In this document: in pieces, positions 44,721 to 54,284 of the stretch | How positions within the stretch are numbered: position 1 is the stretch's first letter | How the letters are laid out: each line of letters opens with the position of its first letter | Assembly: GCA_004297215.1 (NCBI GenBank) | Contig: SCUM01000001.1 | Location: 400-64,399 of the forward strand | Source: Patescibacteria group bacterium | GTDB taxonomy: Bacteria; Patescibacteriota; Patescibacteriia; UBA9934; GWF2-40-263 | Length of the DNA stretch: 64,000 nt | Reading direction: 5' to 3' | Notes under the pieces: model-generated | What the model saw: only the letters and a program-made list of their open reading frames with translations | Databases searched by the model: none | What the model was told of the DNA's origin: nothing | Translations under genes and position numbers: made by a program

Positions 44721-47447
44721 ATGCGACCCATCGGCCGAATGGAACTCCCGTCTTCCCGCAAGCTCTTTCCGATGCTTGCCGGCGTCCTTGCCGTCTGGTG
44801 GCTTTTCCTGCAGTTCCAGGCCGACCACGAGCAGGCGGCCAATTTCCTGTTCAACGTCGGGTATGCCATCCCGCTGTTCTTGGCCGCCATCGGGTTCTTC
44901 GCGGCCGCGTGGCAGTGGAGGGGGAGGGGGTATCCGGAAACCGCGGTGATGGTGCTCGTCGGGATCCGTTTCGCCTTTTACGGCGTCGCGCAGCTCTTCT
45001 GGACCTACTACAACATGGTCGAGGGGATTTCCATCCCGGAATTCACCGGCGCGGACGTGTTCTACCTGTCCGGCCTGTTCGTGGAAAGCGCGATGATCGC
45101 CGGATTCCTGTTCCATCGCGTGCGTGCCAGGTCGTTCACGCGCACGACGGCCGCCTTGATCCTCGCCGCGCTCCTTGCCGCCGCGTTCGCGGCCACGTTC
45201 GTGCTCCTGCGTGCGCTGCCGGCCTATGAGGGGACGATCATCTCGCTGGACTCGCTCTACGTCGTGCTCGGGTTCCTCGCGCTGTTCGGGTGCCTCATCG
45301 CCATCTCGCTTGAGCGGCATCCGGAGATGCAGCCGCTGCTACTGGGTCTGTTCGGCTACCTGTTCGTGGGGGCCGCGGCGGACCTGGCGTACACCGTGCG
45401 CGAATCGGCCGGCGCGTATTGGAACGGCGACGTCGCCGACGGGCTGTACGCGGTCATGGCCCTGGTCGCCTGCTTCGTGGCCTCGAGGCTCATCCCCAAG
45501 CGCATCGACCACGCCTTAGGCGGCGAGAGAGCGCGCATGGGCCGCCGGGCGTTCGGGCTTCTGCTGCTCCCGCTGGGCCTCTCGCTCGTGGGGTTGCTGC
45601 TTTCGGCACGCGTGGCTCAGTCCTCGCATGAGGCGGAGGTCGGACGGCTGGTGCAGGAGGCAGTCGAGAGCGACGACCGCATCGCCACGCTCCTCGGCCA
45701 GGCGTTCCGCGCCGAAGAGGCGGATGTCGTTTCCGTGGTCGCGTTCCTTTCTCAAAGCCAGGAGGTGACGGCCGAGGAATTCGCCGGCTTCATCGAGGAA
45801 TTCAGGGGGCATTTCCCCGGGGTCGTGCGCGTGGGGTTCGTGGACGGCGCCGGCGTGCTCGTGCATGCCCAGGGCGATTCGCTCGGGCCGATCGGGACGG
45901 ACTATGCGGCGGACCCCTCGCGCGAGGAGGTGATGCGTCGCGCCCTCTTAGCGGATGCCCTCGCGGCGGGCGGCCCGTTCGAGAGCGCGGAAGGACCCTC
46001 GCTGTTCTTAAGCCATCCCGTGCGTCGCGACGGCGCGCCGATCGGCTCGGTCGTGGGCGTGCTGCCGCTTTCCCCGTTCCTGGGTGGCCTTTCCGAGGAC
46101 ACCGCGATCAAGATCGCGGACGTGCGTCTGCTCATCGGGGATGTCGAAGTCGCCCGAGACGGGAGCGCGTTTTCGCCCTCGCGCGAGATAGGGGAACCCG
46201 ACGCCGCGGCGCCGGTGCTCCTCGGGGACCTGCCCCTGGTCGTGGAGGCGCGCGTGAACGCGCACTCAGCCGGAGAAGCGTACCGGAACAGTCTGGCCCG
46301 GTTCCTCGCGCTCCTGTTCATCTCGCTCACGGTCTCCGCGGTGATGTTCCTGCTCGTGTCCCAGCGCCGGCGCGTGGAGGAGGAGCTGTCCGATCGCACC
46401 TCCTCGCTGCGCGCCACGATCAAGGACCTCACGCAGGCCAAGTTCTTCCTTGACAACGTGCAGGACGCGGTGGCCGCCACGCTCGGGGACCGCGTCCTGT
46501 ACCACAACCAGGCGTTCCTGCGGCTGTTGGGCGCCAAGGAATCCGCGCCCAAGGGGATGGACCTCATAGGCTTCCTGTCAGACCCGTCCCAGTCCGAAAC
46601 GATCCGGCGCGCGGTGGAAGCGCGCGGGGAATGGTCCGGGGAGGCCAAGGTCCGGCCGGTCGCGGGCAAGGAACGCGACGTGGAGCTCGACGTGCGGATC
46701 ATGCGCGACGAGCGCGGGAAGCCCGTCGCCAACCTCACCGTGGCGCACGACGTGACGGACCGCAAGGCCGTGGAACGCGCCAAGACGCAGTTCGTGTCCA
46801 TGGTGGCGCACCAGCTGCGCACGCCCATGACGCAGCTCCGATGGCTGGTCGAGCAGGTGCTCGAGTCGAAGGGGCTCCCCAAGGCCACGCGCGAGGCCAT
46901 CGGGCAGGCGCAGGAGATCGTGCTTGCCGAGAACCGGTTCGTGGGCGACCTGCTCAACGTGTCGCGCATCGAGCGCGGGGTGCTGAAGCTTGAGAAGAAG
47001 GCCGTGCCGGTCGCGCGGATCGTGGAAGCCGTGATCGAGCCGCTCAAGCCGCTCGCCAAGGAACGCCGCACGTCGCTCAAGGTCGGCGCGCTGCCGGACC
47101 TGTCGGTGGACGTGGACGAGGAGAAGATCGTGCAGGCGGTGCGCAACGTGGTGGACAACGCCGTCAAGTATTCCCCGAAAGGGAACGCGGTGACCGTGAA
47201 GGCGGAGAGGGAAGGCAAGGACGTGATGCTGTCCATCACGGACAACGGGAAGGGGATCCCCGAGGAGCTGTGGGACAAGCTCTACGACATCAAGACCGAG
47301 ATCTCGCCGGGCGCCACCGCCTCCTCGCAAAGCACCGGGTTGGGACTCTACCTCACCAAGAAATTCGTGGACGCCATGGGTGGGAGGATCTCCTTCACGA
47401 CGAGCGCCAAGGGGACCACCTTCGTCATCCGGTTGCCCGCGGCCTGA
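44721..47447 (+). CDS. Membrane sensor histidine kinase (multi-TM, CHASE-like, PAS, HisKA, HATPase)
   Basis: HQLRTP, NVVDNAVKY, DNGKGI, GLGL; HDVTDRK PAC motif. Confidence 0.92.
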   Translation: MRPIGRMELPSSRKLFPMLAGVLAVWWLFLQFQADHEQAANFLFNVGYAIPLFLAAIGFFAAAWQWRGRGYPETAVMVLVGIRFAFYGVAQLFWTYYNMVEGISIPEFTGADVFYLSGLFVESAMIAGFLFHRVRARSFTRTTAALILAALLAAAFAATFVLLRALPAYEGTIISLDSLYVVLGFLALFGCLIAISLERHPEMQPLLLGLFGYLFVGAAADLAYTVRESAGAYWNGDVADGLYAVMALVACFVASRLIPKRIDHALGGERARMGRRAFGLLLLPLGLSLVGLLLSARVAQSSHEAEVGRLVQEAVESDDRIATLLGQAFRAEEADVVSVVAFLSQSQEVTAEEFAGFIEEFRGHFPGVVRVGFVDGAGVLVHAQGDSLGPIGTDYAADPSREEVMRRALLADALAAGGPFESAEGPSLFLSHPVRRDGAPIGSVVGVLPLSPFLGGLSEDTAIKIADVRLLIGDVEVARDGSAFSPSREIGEPDAAAPVLLGDLPLVVEARVNAHSAGEAYRNSLARFLALLFISLTVSAVMFLLVSQRRRVEEELSDRTSSLRATIKDLTQAKFFLDNVQDAVAATLGDRVLYHNQAFLRLLGAKESAPKGMDLIGFLSDPSQSETIRRAVEARGEWSGEAKVRPVAGKERDVELDVRIMRDERGKPVANLTVAHDVTDRKAVERAKTQFVSMVAHQLRTPMTQLRWLVEQVLESKGLPKATREAIGQAQEIVLAENRFVGDLLNVSRIERGVLKLEKKAVPVARIVEAVIEPLKPLAKERRTSLKVGALPDLSVDVDEEKIVQAVRNVVDNAVKYSPKGNAVTVKAEREGKDVMLSITDNGKGIPEELWDKLYDIKTEISPGATASSQSTGLGLYLTKKFVDAMGGRISFTTSAKGTTFVIRLPAA

Positions 47448-47471
47448 CCCTGGCGTATCCTGCCCGGGTAT

Positions 47472-47648
47472 ATGTCAGATGTGCCTCTGTCCGCCTTTTG
47501 TCCCCGATGCGGGGCTTCGCGCGAGATGATCGACGATGAGCCCTTGCGCATGCCCGGGCACGGGGCGGCGCGCCGCGCCGTGAAGGGCACATGCGCCACG
47601 TGCGGGGCGGCCTTGTTCAAGATCCTGGAAGATCCTGCCGACCTATGA
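47472..47648 (+). CDS. Small zinc-ribbon protein (DUF5679-like), absent from the ORF track
   Basis: Manual translation MSDVPLSAFCPRCGASREM...AVKGTCATCGAALFKILEDPADL (58 aa), two CxxC, ATGA overlap with the next gene. Confidence 0.8.
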   Translation: MSDVPLSAFCPRCGASREMIDDEPLRMPGHGAARRAVKGTCATCGAALFKILEDPADL

Positions 47649-49207
47649 GCCGACCGATCGATGCCCTGCGCCTGGCGGTCAGCCAGGAGAAATCCTTGTC
47701 CGCGGCGCCTCCGGAAGCCGACGTCATCGTCGTGAGCGATACCGTGTCCGCGGCCGCGAGCGTGTACGAGACCCTGCGCAACACGCTCGAGTACGACGAG
47801 GAGCACCTGCTCCGGCGCAACGCCATCCGCCGCATCCTCAAGCGCCGCCTCGACGAAGAGGCGGCGGATGCCGTTTCCTCCGAGCTCCTGCGCGAGCTCA
47901 TCTGGGCGCGCTACCTTCCCAACAAGCGCGTCCCGGAACGCCTCTCGCGCGCGCTCGCGTCGCTCTTGCGCAAGTATCGGCCGCTCTTTTCCTCGGCGCA
48001 CGAGGCGCCTGACCCCGGATACGCCGAGGAGTGGCTGCTCGACGCGGTCTCGAGCGAGGTGGAATACGCGCTCTCCCCGCCGCTTGCCGACGAGGCGCTC
48101 GCGAGCTTCGCCTATGCCGAGCTCAAGGCCCGCGCGCGCTGGCCCGCGTCCATGGCACAGGGCGACCGCGAGCTGCAGCTCTACATCGCCGTGCACCGCG
48201 CGGTGCTCAAGAGCAATCTCGCCACCTTGCGGTTCCGCACCCTCACCCTGTTCTATCCGGGCTGGAGCGGCGCCTCGCCGGACGATCCGCTCGTCGCGGA
48301 GGTCGCGGCGAACCTGCCCAAGGTGATCGCCTCCGTGGACCGGCAGATCGCTCACCCATGGGCGGACCACATGTTCCGGCTCGTGCGCCGGTACGCCGTC
48401 GTGTTCCATCTCATCCGCGACGTGGTTGACAAGCAGCCGGAGGCGATGGAAAGCGCCGACCGTGCCACGGTGGACGCGGCGATCGAGCGCGCGGCCCGCG
48501 CGCGGTACGCCCGCTTTTCCGAGCGCCTGCGCCGCGGGGTGTTTCGCGCGGTGCTGTTCCTCTTGTGCACCAAGACCGTGCTCGCGCTCGCGATCGAGCT
48601 CCCGTATGAGCGTCTCGTGATCGAGGAGACCTCGCTTGCCCCCCTCATCGCCAACATCCTGTTCCATCCGCTGTTGCTCGGGGTCATCGGGCTCACGGTG
48701 GGCATCCCCGCCAAGAAGAACACCGCGCGCATCCTCGAGCTTTCCCGAGGCATCCTCGGGTTCGGCGACGACTTCGTCGTTCCCGTGAAAGGGCTGCGCG
48801 CGCCGCCGGGAGGGGCGCTGGCCTTCGTGTTCAACCTGCTGTATTTCTCCTTCTTCGCCGTCACCGTGGGAGGGATCACCGCCCTCTTGTCCGCCCTCGG
48901 GTTCAACCCGGTGTCCATCGCGTTCTTCCTGTTCTTCCTCGCGCTCGTCACCTTCTTCGGCCTCAAGATCCGGAATTCCCGCCGCGAGCTGGTGATCATC
49001 GAGACGGGCGGAGGGATCCTCGGCACCGTCATGGACGTGCTGTTCCTGCCGGTGGTGCGCCTGGGCCGGTGGATCTCGCTGCGCGCGCCGCGCGTGAACG
49101 TGTTCCTGTTCTTCTTCGACTACATCGTGGAAGCGCCGTTCAAGGGGGCGATCCGGCTCATGGAGGGATGGCTCGCGTTCCTGCGCGAGAAGAAAGAGGA
49201 GATATGA
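47645..49207 (+). CDS. Hypothetical membrane protein
   Basis: YETLRNTLEYDEEHLLRRNAIRRILKRR N-terminal domain and 4-5 C-terminal TM segments. Confidence 0.75.
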   Translation: MSRPIDALRLAVSQEKSLSAAPPEADVIVVSDTVSAAASVYETLRNTLEYDEEHLLRRNAIRRILKRRLDEEAADAVSSELLRELIWARYLPNKRVPERLSRALASLLRKYRPLFSSAHEAPDPGYAEEWLLDAVSSEVEYALSPPLADEALASFAYAELKARARWPASMAQGDRELQLYIAVHRAVLKSNLATLRFRTLTLFYPGWSGASPDDPLVAEVAANLPKVIASVDRQIAHPWADHMFRLVRRYAVVFHLIRDVVDKQPEAMESADRATVDAAIERAARARYARFSERLRRGVFRAVLFLLCTKTVLALAIELPYERLVIEETSLAPLIANILFHPLLLGVIGLTVGIPAKKNTARILELSRGILGFGDDFVVPVKGLRAPPGGALAFVFNLLYFSFFAVTVGGITALLSALGFNPVSIAFFLFFLALVTFFGLKIRNSRRELVIIETGGGILGTVMDVLFLPVVRLGRWISLRAPRVNVFLFFFDYIVEAPFKGAIRLMEGWLAFLREKKEEI

Positions 49208-50163
49208 GGAACGGCGCCGTGATGCTCGTCATCGCGGCCCTCGCGGGCCTTGCCGCCGCTGTCGTCGACCGTCCGGCGCCGCTTCAGATTGGCGTGACCT
49301 TCTCGACCGCGTACGCGAACGAGCTCGGCGAGGATCCCGAGGCGGCATTCCGGGCGGTCGTTTCCGAGCTCGGGGTCCGCCGGATCCGGTTGCCGGTGTA
49401 TTGGTCCGAGGTGGAAGGGGAGCGCGATGCGCCGGATTTCGCCGCGTACGACCGCCTGGTGCGCTTGGCGGAGGAGCGCGGCGTCGCGCTCACGCTCGCG
49501 ATCGGGGCCAAGGTCCCGCGCTGGCCCGAATGTTTCGTGCCGGATTGGGCCGCCGGCTTGCCGAAGGACGCCTTCCGGGAGGAGCTTTTTTCGTTCCTGC
49601 GGGAAACGGTCGAGCGCTATCGCGGGAGTCCGGCCGTCGAACGTTGGCAGGTGGAGAACGAGGCTCTGTTCCCGTTCGGCGTGTGTCCGAAGCCAGATCT
49701 GCCCCGATTGCTCGACGAGGTCGCGCTCGTGCGGTCGCTCGACCTGCGTCCCATCCAGGCGACCGCGAGCGGCGAGCTCGAGAGCTGGGCGCTTCCGGCC
49801 ATCCCCGCCGACATCCTCGGCGTCTCCATGTACCGCACCACCTGGAATGACTGGTACGGCTATTTCCGCTACCCGATCCCCCCGTGGTTTTATCGCCTGC
49901 GCTCCGCCCTCGTCTCCCCGCTCGTCCGGGAAACGGTCATTTCCGAATTGCAGGCCGAACCGTGGTTCAACGGCCCCGTCGCGTCGCGTCCGCTCGCCTA
50001 TTGGGCGAAGGCGTTCACGCCGCACGACCTCAAGGAGAACGTCGCGTTCGCCGCGCGCACCGGCATGGGCGAGGCATACCTGTGGGGAGCGGAGTGGTGG
50101 TATCATCTGCGGCAGAACGGTTTGCCTGAACTTTGGGATACGGCCAAGACCTTTTTCCGATGA
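49204..50163 (+). CDS. Secreted glycoside hydrolase, clan GH-A-like
   Basis: Signal/TM segment, RLPVYW..VE, WQVENE (acid/base), ISELQAEPW (nucleophile). Confidence 0.7.
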   Translation: MRNGAVMLVIAALAGLAAAVVDRPAPLQIGVTFSTAYANELGEDPEAAFRAVVSELGVRRIRLPVYWSEVEGERDAPDFAAYDRLVRLAEERGVALTLAIGAKVPRWPECFVPDWAAGLPKDAFREELFSFLRETVERYRGSPAVERWQVENEALFPFGVCPKPDLPRLLDEVALVRSLDLRPIQATASGELESWALPAIPADILGVSMYRTTWNDWYGYFRYPIPPWFYRLRSALVSPLVRETVISELQAEPWFNGPVASRPLAYWAKAFTPHDLKENVAFAARTGMGEAYLWGAEWWYHLRQNGLPELWDTAKTFFR

Positions 50164-50256
50164 GGTTTGAAAGGTTGTAAAAGTGATAAAGGTGTTGGAA
50201 CCTTTTTATCAAAAATATTCCACCACCTTTCAAACCTTTCCCACCCTTACAACCTC
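50162..50256. repeat. Degenerate inverted-repeat element (AAAGGT units)
   Basis: aggtttgaaaggt / acctttcaaacct and aggttgtaa / ttacaacct arms between the stop at 50163 and ATG 50264. Confidence 0.75.
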
Positions 50257-50263
50257 CGTCATT

Positions 50264-51706
50264 ATGTCCAAGACTTCCACCTACGACGTGATCGTGATCG
50301 GAGCCGGCTCGGCCGGTTTTTCTGCTGCCGAAGAAGCGCGTCGGCTTGGCGCTTCGGTGTGTCTGGTGGAGAAAGGGAAGTTAGGCGGCGAATGCCCCAA
50401 TTGGGCGTGCGTGCCGAGCAAGGCGCTGTTGCGCGGGGCCAAGCTGATGCGCGAGGCGCGCGCCGCCGAGCGGTTCGGGGTGAAGACCGGCGCGGTGTCG
50501 CTCTCCTTGCCCGACGCGTTCGCGTATCGCTCCAAGGTGGTCGCGTCGATCACCGGCGGCGGGGAGCGCGGCGCGCGGTACGAGCGCCTCACCGCGCGCG
50601 CCGGCATGGACGTCGTGTACGGCGAAGCGGCCTTCACCGACCCATACGCCCTCGAGGTGGGGGAGAAACGCCTCATCGGCAAGGCGTTCGTGATCGCCAC
50701 GGGAACGGAAGAATTCCTCCCGCCCGTGCCCGGGCTTTCCGACATCGGCTACCTCACGTCGAAGACCGTCCATGAGCTCACGCGCGCCCCCAAATCCATC
50801 GCCATCGTTGGCGGCGGACCGGTGGGATGCGAGTACGCCACGTTTTTCAGCGCATGCGGGACGCGCGTCGTGCTCATCCAAAGCGCGCCGAGGCTGCTCA
50901 ACCGCGAAGATCCGGAGATTTCGGCCCTGGCGCGCAAGACGCTCGAAAGCCAAGGGGTGGAAGTGGCCTGCGGCGCCAAGCTCGTCGAAGTCATCAACGG
51001 GCGCGGCGGGGTGTATGGCCTCAAGACCGAGGGCGCCGACGGGAACCTGCCTGCCGGCAGGCAGGACGCCACGCATGCGGTGGAAGCCGTCCTTGTCGCG
51101 GCGGGCAAGCGCGCGGCCGTGGCAGGGCTGAACCTTGCCGATGCGGGCGCTTCGCTCGACGCGCAGGGGTTCGTGAAGACCGACCGGAGCGCGCGGACGA
51201 ACCTCAAGCACGTGTTCGCGGCCGGCGACGTGGATGGCGGCTCCCTGTTCACGCACGTGGCGCACCACGAGGGCGTGGTGGCCGGACACAATGCCGCCCT
51301 GGTCGCGCGGGGGAAGCGGGCGGGATTCCAGCAAGTGGACGAGCGCGTGGTCCCGCGCGTCACGTTCGTCGACCCCGAGGTGGCATCGGTCGGGTTCACG
51401 GCCGAGGAAGCCAAGGCCAAGTTCAAGCTCAAGAAGGTGCTCGTGGGCCGGTTTCCGATCCAGGCGCTCGGCCGCGCGGCCACGGATCATGCGGCGGAGG
51501 GGATGGTGAAGCTCGTCGCGCACCCGAAGACGGGCAAGCTCCTCGGCGGCCATATCGTCGCCGAGCGCGCCGGGGAGATGATCCACGAGGTCGCCCTCGC
51601 CATCCACCTGGGCGCGACGGCGGAGAAGCTGGGTTCGATGATTCATGCATATCCGACGTATAGCGAAGCGGTTTTGGCAGCGGCGAACAGCCTGGTCACT
51701 GAGTGA
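50264..51706 (+). CDS. Pyridine nucleotide-disulfide oxidoreductase (dihydrolipoamide dehydrogenase-like)
   Basis: GAGSAG, GGECPNWACVPSK, GGGPVG.E, HAYPT.SE. Confidence 0.9.
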   Translation: MSKTSTYDVIVIGAGSAGFSAAEEARRLGASVCLVEKGKLGGECPNWACVPSKALLRGAKLMREARAAERFGVKTGAVSLSLPDAFAYRSKVVASITGGGERGARYERLTARAGMDVVYGEAAFTDPYALEVGEKRLIGKAFVIATGTEEFLPPVPGLSDIGYLTSKTVHELTRAPKSIAIVGGGPVGCEYATFFSACGTRVVLIQSAPRLLNREDPEISALARKTLESQGVEVACGAKLVEVINGRGGVYGLKTEGADGNLPAGRQDATHAVEAVLVAAGKRAAVAGLNLADAGASLDAQGFVKTDRSARTNLKHVFAAGDVDGGSLFTHVAHHEGVVAGHNAALVARGKRAGFQQVDERVVPRVTFVDPEVASVGFTAEEAKAKFKLKKVLVGRFPIQALGRAATDHAAEGMVKLVAHPKTGKLLGGHIVAERAGEMIHEVALAIHLGATAEKLGSMIHAYPTYSEAVLAAANSLVTE

Positions 51707-51730
51707 CCTTGTGCTATACTTTCGCCCATT

Positions 51731-52312
51731 ATGGCTGGAAAGGAAGTGGTGCTAGACATCGAGACGGCGAATACGTTCCAGGAGGTGGGAGCCTATGACC
51801 ATTCGAAATTGATCATTTCGGTCATTGGAGTCTATTTCTACGAGAACGACGAATACAAGGCGTACGAGGTGCCCGAACTCGCGGAGCTCTGGCCCAGGCT
51901 CGAACGGGCCGACCGCATCATCGGGTTCAATACGCTCGGGTTCGATTTGCCGGTGATGAATAACTATTACCCGGGCAATTTGATGACGTTTTGCAATTTG
52001 GACCTCATGGCCGAGGTGGAAAAGGCGCTCGGTCACCGCATGAAGCTCGACGACCTCGCGAGCGCGAGCCTCGGACACGGCAAGACCGGTCACGGGCTGC
52101 AGGCCGTGGAGTGGTGGAAGCAAGGTCGCAAGGAAGATGTGAAGAAATACTGCCTCGACGACGTACGGGTCACCAAGGAACTGTACGAATACGGCCTCAA
52201 GTACAAGGCGCTCGCGTACGAGGATCGGCTTGGGGGTCGAAAAGGCATTCCCGTGGACTTTTCTCCCAAGGCGCACGAGGCAACGAAGATAAACCTGACG
52301 ATGCCGTTCTAA
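51731..52312 (+). CDS. RNase H-like / DEDD exonuclease-fold protein (YprB-like)
   Basis: LDIET, GFN..GFD.P, YCLDDV..T. Confidence 0.8.
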   Translation: MAGKEVVLDIETANTFQEVGAYDHSKLIISVIGVYFYENDEYKAYEVPELAELWPRLERADRIIGFNTLGFDLPVMNNYYPGNLMTFCNLDLMAEVEKALGHRMKLDDLASASLGHGKTGHGLQAVEWWKQGRKEDVKKYCLDDVRVTKELYEYGLKYKALAYEDRLGGRKGIPVDFSPKAHEATKINLTMPF

Positions 52313-52325
52313 ATCCCATCGCGTG

Positions 52326-52334
52326 TTATCCACA
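52326..52334 (+). promoter_or_regulatory. DnaA box upstream of the RNR operon
   Basis: Perfect TTATCCACA. Confidence 0.55.
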
Positions 52335-52501
52335 GCTGAAAAAACACCTAACCACTGGTGTTTTTTGGCGCTTGAAGCGCCCTAGGCAACGGCCTACAAT
52401 GACGAAGCACCGTAAGGCATTTCCTTGCGTGGCCTCTCGTCGCTGGTGGCATGGTCTTGTTGGACAATCCATGCAATCGGGTTGTTTTTTTCTGCCTCAT
52501 T

Positions 52502-54277
52502 ATGAACGACCGAGCCAACAACGCGCACGCGCAGGCAGGCCGCTTCTATTTCACGTCCATCAAGTCCGTCCGCGCCCCCGACGGCCGCACCGAGGCGTTC
52601 GACCCGGCGCGCCTCGAGCAATCCGTTCGGGACGCCTTTTTGGCGGCCGGCATCACGGGCGAGCAGAACGAGCAGATGGTGCTGCACGTCACCGACGAGA
52701 CCGTGGCCAAGCTCACCTTTGCCTACGGCGACCAGGAGCCGGAGCGCTTCGACGTGCGGCAGATCACGCATTCGGTGCTCATCGACAACAACCTGTCGCT
52801 CGTGGCCTCCGCCTACCTCATGCGCACCGAGGGGCCGCGCCTGCTCCAGGGAGAGGAGCCGCACGTGCCCAGCGGCAAGAAAGGCCCGCCCATCGCCTCC
52901 CGCCGCCGGCTCCCCAACGAACGCGCTTCCATCACGCATAAGTTCCAGATCGGCTCGCACCGCGGGTACGTCACGGTGGGCCTGTACGAGGACGGCTCCC
53001 CCGGCGAGATCTTCGTCCGGATGAGCAAGGAGGGGAGCACCATGGCGGGCCTGCTCGACAGCCTCGCCACCTCGGTGTCCATCGCCCTCCAGTACGGGGT
53101 GCCGTTGCGCGTCCTCGTCGACAAGTTCAGCCATGTCCATTTCGAGCCCAGCGGCTTCACCGAGCACCAGAACGTCCGGTACGCCAAGAGCGTGGTGGAT
53201 TACCTCTTCCGCTGGCTCGGCATCAAGTTCCCGGAGGCGATGGCGCGACAGAAGTCGCTTGACGCGGACGCGCCGGAGGAAGCCGCCCCGGCGAGCGCGG
53301 AAGGGATCAGCAAGGGGCTCATCGGCACCTGTCCGATGCTCACCCCGCGCAAGGTGTACAAGCCGATGGAGTACCCCCAGTACTTCGACTATTTCCAAAA
53401 GCAGAACCAGGCGCACTGGATGCCGCTTGAGGTGCCGATGGAGTCGGACATCAACGATTACAAGCACAAGCTGACGGCCGAGGAGCGCAACCTCGTCATC
53501 AACATCCTCCGGTTCTTCACGCAGGGCGACCTCGAGGTCAACAACAACTACAACAGCCACCTCATCCCGTTCTTCCCCAAGCCCGAGATCAAGATGATGC
53601 TCACCGCCTTCGCCCAGATGGAGGGGATCCACGTGTGGGCGTACTCCTACCTCAACGACTCGCTGGGCCTGCCGGACGCCGAGTACAGCGCGTTCCTCGA
53701 CATCAAGTCGATGCGCGCCAAGTACGACTACATCCAGAACTTCGACGTGCGCACGCTCGAGGACCTGGCCGTGAACCTGGCCGTGTTCGGCGGGTTCATG
53801 GAAGGGGTGAGCCTGTTCTCGAGCTTCGCGATCCTCATGCACTTCCCGCGCATGGGCAAGCTCAAGGGCGTGGGGCAGATCGTCACCTGGAGCATCCGCG
53901 ACGAGTCGCTGCATTCCATGGGCGTGTGCAACCTGTTCCGCGACCTCATTTCCGAGAATCGCCTCATCTGGACCGACGAGCTGCGAAAGACGCTCTACGG
54001 CGCCTGCCAGGACATGGTGGGCCTCGAGGACGCCTTCATCGACACCTGCTTCCAGATGGGCGACGTCCCCGGCCTGACGGCGGACGAGGTCAAGCAGTAC
54101 ATCCGTTACATCGCCGATCGCCGATTGAACGACCTCGGGCTCGACGCGGCGTACGGCCTCGTCAAGAACCCGCTCCCGTGGCTCGACACCATGATCAACG
54201 CCAAGGAGCACGTCAACTTCTTCGAGAATCGCGCCACCGAGTACACGAAGGGAGGAGTGATAAACGATTGGACATAA
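52502..54277 (+). CDS. nrdB: Class I ribonucleotide reductase beta subunit fused to an N-terminal ATP-cone and a TSCPD (NrdJ C-terminal-type) domain
   Basis: R2 motifs FFTQGD, EGIHVWAY, EGVSLFSSF, RDESLH, NFFE; upstream RRRLP.ER.SITHKF...GEIF...KEGST...SIALQYGVP...FEPSG...SVVDY.FRWL. Confidence 0.9.
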   Translation: MNDRANNAHAQAGRFYFTSIKSVRAPDGRTEAFDPARLEQSVRDAFLAAGITGEQNEQMVLHVTDETVAKLTFAYGDQEPERFDVRQITHSVLIDNNLSLVASAYLMRTEGPRLLQGEEPHVPSGKKGPPIASRRRLPNERASITHKFQIGSHRGYVTVGLYEDGSPGEIFVRMSKEGSTMAGLLDSLATSVSIALQYGVPLRVLVDKFSHVHFEPSGFTEHQNVRYAKSVVDYLFRWLGIKFPEAMARQKSLDADAPEEAAPASAEGISKGLIGTCPMLTPRKVYKPMEYPQYFDYFQKQNQAHWMPLEVPMESDINDYKHKLTAEERNLVINILRFFTQGDLEVNNNYNSHLIPFFPKPEIKMMLTAFAQMEGIHVWAYSYLNDSLGLPDAEYSAFLDIKSMRAKYDYIQNFDVRTLEDLAVNLAVFGGFMEGVSLFSSFAILMHFPRMGKLKGVGQIVTWSIRDESLHSMGVCNLFRDLISENRLIWTDELRKTLYGACQDMVGLEDAFIDTCFQMGDVPGLTADEVKQYIRYIADRRLNDLGLDAAYGLVKNPLPWLDTMINAKEHVNFFENRATEYTKGGVINDWT

Positions 54278-54284
54278 CCCCGCT

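Noticed and set aside
50264-51706. Mercuric reductase MerA
   Set aside because: It lacks the C-terminal Cys-Cys pair and any mer operon context; the HAYPT..E motif fits the dihydrolipoamide dehydrogenase-like group.
52341-52364. NrdR box
   Set aside because: It is palindromic, but its length and core do not fit the 16-bp acaCwAtATaTwGtgt consensus, and no tandem pair is present.
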